From a virus (Duplodnaviria; Caudoviricetes), in the IMG/VR virus record IMGVR_UViG_3300008255_000426, positions 1-26,232 of that record: a DNA stretch of 26,232 nucleotides. One strand, written 5' to 3'. Positions 23,384-26,232 of the stretch are shown piece by piece. The first letter of the stretch is position 1. Each line of letters starts with the position of its first letter. The notes under the pieces are model-generated. The model was not told where the DNA came from. It did no database searches and saw nothing but the letters and a program-made list of their open reading frames with translations. The position numbers and the translations under genes are program-made.

Positions 23384-24766
23384 CTACCTCCGGGACCCGC
23401 GGGCGCTGGTGGCCTTGCGGGCTTCGTACGGTCCCCCGCTGGTGGCGAGGGCGTGATGGAGGGCGGCGAGGGCGTCCACGATGTCGTCGTGGGCGTCGCC
23501 CTGGCCGGTGAAGGTGCTGACCTCCGACTCCAGGGCGGGCGCCCACGGGGCGTCGCGCGGGACGAGGATAGCACCGCGGTTCCACGCGACCGCGGCTGGG
23601 GTGGCGCGCGCCACCTTGTCGGTGGTGGTGGGTAGGAGGTTGACGGTGATCCCCTCGCGCTGGAGTAGGAGCGCCATGCCGCGCTCGGTGCTGCTGGCGT
23701 ACCAATGCACGCGGGTGACGCCTGCCTCGCGCATGAGGGGGACGTATTGGCCGGGGTCGAGGCGGTGCCTGAGCATCCCGGTGAGGTAGAGGTCGACGCG
23801 GTCGGGGTCGGTGGGGTGGGGGTAGGCGCGGCCGGTGAGGGTGACGGTGTAGTCGCTGGTGGTCTTGGTGGTGTACGCGGCGTCGAAGCCGTGCGCTTCG
23901 CGGTAGCCGTCGGGGGCGGGGGGGAGGCTGTCGTAGTAGGTGGTGGGGCCGAAGATGCGCGATCCGTCCTCGATGGGTTGGCCCATGTAGAGCGCCGACC
24001 AGTCGGCGGGCAGCATGGCGTCGCGTTGCGCCTGGAGCCAGTCGAGGGGGCGGTGCTTCGGCCAGAGGGCGGCGCCGTCGTCGCCGATGGCGGGGAGGCT
24101 GATGTACTCCCAGCCGTCGCGTTCCATGAGGCGGCCGGTGGGGTCGTCGAGGTGCCAGCGCGTAGCGACCAGCACGACGCTCGCGCCGGGGTGGAGGCGC
24201 GTGAACGCGACGCTGGACAGCCAGCCGTACGCCTTGTCGCGGATCAGGCGGGAGTTGGCTTCCTCCCGGTCCTTCAGGAGGTCGTCGACGACGAGGACGC
24301 CGTCGACGGGGTGGCCGGTGAGGGGGCCGCCGCGGGAGGTCCAGACGACGCCGCCCCCGGCGCTGGTGCGCCAGCGGTCGAGGGTGGTGCGGTCGAGGCG
24401 GAGGTCGTGCTGTTCGGCGATGCGCGCGGCGATCAGGCTCTGGTCGCGGCTGAACGCTTGCGCGTAGGTGGCGAACGCGTGCCGCTTGCGGGGCTGCTGC
24501 TGGAGGAGCCAGACGAGGCCGTGGAGGACGGTCATGCTCTTGCCGTGCTGCGGGGGGGTGCTGATCAGGACGCGGACGGCTTCGCCTGCGCGGATGCGGG
24601 CGAACACGTCGAGGAGCGGCTGGAGGTGGTGCGGCGTGTCGAGGCCGTACGTGTGGCCGATGAAGTCGCCGAGGGGCTGCCCGTCAGTTCGGGAGGGCCG
24701 CAGCCGGGCGGCCGCCATCTCCGCCCAGGAGGGCGCGGAGGGCGCGTTCGCGCGTGGCTGGATCAT
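23384..24766 (-). CDS. terL: Terminase large subunit
   Basis: Walker A-like STPPQHGKS, Walker B VVDDLLKD, TRWHLDD, and nuclease motifs GFDAAY...SDYT...HDDIVDA. Start uncertain (24766 follows AGGAG; 24718 is possible). Confidence 0.93.
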   Translation of the reverse strand: MIQPRANAPSAPSWAEMAAARLRPSRTDGQPLGDFIGHTYGLDTPHHLQPLLDVFARIRAGEAVRVLISTPPQHGKSMTVLHGLVWLLQQQPRKRHAFATYAQAFSRDQSLIAARIAEQHDLRLDRTTLDRWRTSAGGGVVWTSRGGPLTGHPVDGVLVVDDLLKDREEANSRLIRDKAYGWLSSVAFTRLHPGASVVLVATRWHLDDPTGRLMERDGWEYISLPAIGDDGAALWPKHRPLDWLQAQRDAMLPADWSALYMGQPIEDGSRIFGPTTYYDSLPPAPDGYREAHGFDAAYTTKTTSDYTVTLTGRAYPHPTDPDRVDLYLTGMLRHRLDPGQYVPLMREAGVTRVHWYASSTERGMALLLQREGITVNLLPTTTDKVARATPAAVAWNRGAILVPRDAPWAPALESEVSTFTGQGDAHDDIVDALAALHHALATSGGPYEARKATSARGSRR

Positions 24767-25187
24767 CGGCAAACTCCTGCTCCAGGGCGTCTAGGGCGGC
24801 GCTCATGCGCGCCTCCATCTGTTCGTAGACGATCACCTGCGGCGCGTCGGTGCCGAGCATGTCGCGCACGTCCTTCAGGACGCGGCGGACCTCGTCGTAG
24901 TTGCCGACGGCCCAATGGCGGTCCAGGAGGGCGTGGTAGTCGCTGAGGATTTCGGCGCGGTGGTCGCTGATGTCGCGCAGGCTCTCGGCTCGCGCGGCGG
25001 CGTGAAGGTGGTCGAGGTCGCGCTGGACGGTGGCGACGCCCCAGGGCTTCGCGGTGCGCGGGTTCAGGAAGTGGGAGTCCTCCAGCGCCTGCGCGATCTG
25101 GCGGACGGTGAGGCGGCGCCGTCGGAGGTGCGCGATCTCGGCCCGGCGCTGCTCGATCACGAGGGCGTCGCTGCTGTTCCGTGGCAT
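24684..25187 (-). CDS. Terminase small subunit-like HTH protein
   Basis: N-terminal HTH-like LTVRQIAQAL...GVATVQRDL, helical C-terminus, SD GGAGGT, directly upstream of terL. Confidence 0.72.
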   Translation of the reverse strand: MPRNSSDALVIEQRRAEIAHLRRRRLTVRQIAQALEDSHFLNPRTAKPWGVATVQRDLDHLHAAARAESLRDISDHRAEILSDYHALLDRHWAVGNYDEVRRVLKDVRDMLGTDAPQVIVYEQMEARMSAALDALEQEFADDPATRERALRALLGGDGGRPAAALPN

Positions 25188-25253
25188 GGTGTCCCACCTC
25201 CCTAGTAGGAAGGGGGGCGCCGCCGCCCGTCCACGCCGTCGCCCCCGCTGCCG

Positions 25254-25262
25254 AGTGTATCA
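25254..25262 (-). promoter_or_regulatory. Candidate extended -10 (TGaTACACT) upstream of the terminase operon
   Basis: Overlaps the Zn-finger gene's stop codon; same hexamer as at 17124-17119. Confidence 0.4.
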
Positions 25263-25775
25263 CCACGAGTGGATGGCTGCTGTCTCTACTCGGGAGGGGT
25301 TCCATTCCCCCTGGAAGGCGGTGACGAAATCGGGGTGCTGGCCGAAGGACGCGCGGATCAGGAGGGCGGTCTGCGGCTGCAGGCGGGCGCGGAGGGCGCG
25401 GGGGACGCCGGGGGTGGGGCGGCGGCGGCCCGCGGGGGCGCCTGCGGGCGCTGGGGGCGGCGTGGGGGGCTTCTCGTAGCGGCGGTCGAGGCGGGGGGGC
25501 TGGTGGCCGACCTTGCACTCTCGGCTGCAGTAGGCGCGGCTGGCGAAGCGGGTGGGGCCTTCGCCGCGGCGGCGGGTCATGGGGTCGCCGCAGCGGCGAC
25601 AGAACCGTTCGGGGCCGGGTTCGGGCTTGGGGGCGAGGGCGTGGTAGAGGGTCTTTGCGCAGGACAGGTTGCAGGTGGCGCGCTTGTCGAAGTTCGACTT
25701 CGTTTCCTTGGGGCGGCGGACGAGGGGGGCGCCGCAGGCGGGGCAGGTGCGGGTGGTAGTCGTGGTGGTGGTCAC
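25260..25775 (-). CDS. Tandem zinc-finger protein (two CxxC...CxxxC units)
   Basis: GTG at 25775 overlaps the upstream TGA. CPACG...CNLSC and CRRCG...CSREC. Confidence 0.72.
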   Translation of the reverse strand: MTTTTTTTRTCPACGAPLVRRPKETKSNFDKRATCNLSCAKTLYHALAPKPEPGPERFCRRCGDPMTRRRGEGPTRFASRAYCSRECKVGHQPPRLDRRYEKPPTPPPAPAGAPAGRRRPTPGVPRALRARLQPQTALLIRASFGQHPDFVTAFQGEWNPSRVETAAIHSW

Positions 25776-26089
25776 TTCAGGGCCTCCTGGATGGCGTCGA
25801 AGTCCTCGGGGCGCCAGAGGTGGTATTCGGCGCCGCTGGTGGTGAGGGCGAGCCGCCATGCTTTCTGGTGGGGGCTGAGGCGGCCGGTGGCGGTTTTCAG
25901 TTCGGCGAAGATGATGCGGTCGCGGGCGAGGACGAGGTCGGGGAACCCTCGGCCGTCGGCGGCGACGGCGGTGCGCCAGTCGCCGCGGGCGTTCTGGGCG
26001 GGTCTGAAGTGGGCGACGCGCCAGCCGCAGAGGTGGGCGAGGTGGATCACCTGCTGCTGGAAGTGGCGCTCCAGGAGGCCTCGGGTCAC
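25772..26089 (-). CDS. VRR-NUC domain nuclease (PD-(D/E)xK)
   Basis: ERHFQQQV...GFPDLVLAR...FAELKT..GRLSPHQKAW...LWRPED motifs. GTG at 26089 overlaps the upstream TGA. Confidence 0.88.
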   Translation of the reverse strand: MTRGLLERHFQQQVIHLAHLCGWRVAHFRPAQNARGDWRTAVAADGRGFPDLVLARDRIIFAELKTATGRLSPHQKAWRLALTTSGAEYHLWRPEDFDAIQEALK

Positions 26090-26232
26090 GCGCGGCGGTT
26101 GGGGTAGCGCGCGGCGTACGTCTCGGGGCGCCACCAGACGCCTGTGGCGGGGTCGACGACGTACTCGCGGCCGCCGCGGGTGCGGACGCGTCGCACGCCG
26201 CCGGTGAGGGTGCGGGTGCGGCCGCCGTCGTA
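26086..26232 (-). CDS. Partial hypothetical protein (3' end only)
   Basis: Open from the right edge: YDGGRTRTLTGG...EYVVDPATGVWWRPETYAARYPNRRA*. Its stop overlaps the VRR-NUC start. Confidence 0.55.
   Translation of the reverse strand, partial: YDGGRTRTLTGGVRRVRTRGGREYVVDPATGVWWRPETYAARYPNRRA

Noticed and set aside
20315-23574. ORF-track long starts for MuF (22417) and portal (23574), and similar extensions at 3347, 4854, 5853, 13526, 18009, 19406, 19870 and 25859
   Set aside because: The extensions overlap upstream genes or promoters and read as Arg/Pro-rich noise. Downstream starts with an SD, a stop-start overlap or a fitting promoter are better supported.
22-26207. Many long plus-strand ORFs (e.g. 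3220-4998, 9935-11230, 20462-22324)
   Set aside because: These are antisense shadows typical of high-GC DNA: low-complexity Arg/Gly/Ala sequences without motifs, fully overlapping well-supported minus-strand genes.
1-26232. Transposable Mu-type phage, contractile tail or eCIS
   Set aside because: No transposase, sheath or baseplate wedge genes are seen; terminase, portal, capsid and a long tape measure indicate a siphovirus-type phage. Replication and integration genes would lie outside the window.
1-26232. tRNA, rRNA or att sites
   Set aside because: None recognised by eye; intergenic gaps are short and explained by promoters and hairpins. tRNAscan/Infernal were not run.

Overview
This is a very GC-rich tailed-phage or prophage segment, and all credible genes lie on the minus strand. 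Read right to left it encodes a VRR-NUC nuclease, a Zn-finger protein, terminase small and large subunits, a Mu-like DUF935 portal, a MuF head protein fused to an R-S-E ADP-ribosyltransferase plus a small downstream Cys/His protein (candidate immunity), a ~3 kb accessory island, Mu-like protease/scaffold, major capsid, head-tail connectors, a siphovirus-type tail module, a lysis/envelope cassette (GH108 endolysin, holin-like, secreted and lipoprotein genes) and a truncated Gly/Ala-repeat protein. The most striking feature is the island at ~17180-20110. It holds nine small genes under four near-identical sigma70-type promoters. Each promoter carries the dyad GTAGCGCG-GGGA-CGCGCTAC (or a 2-mismatch variant) filling the -35/-10 spacer, three appear leaderless and follow related GC hairpins, most genes start ATGACCACC, and the island ends in a ribbon-helix-helix gene. 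Family calls come from motif recognition by eye; no database searches were run. A diderm, high-GC host such as Deinococcota is only an inference.
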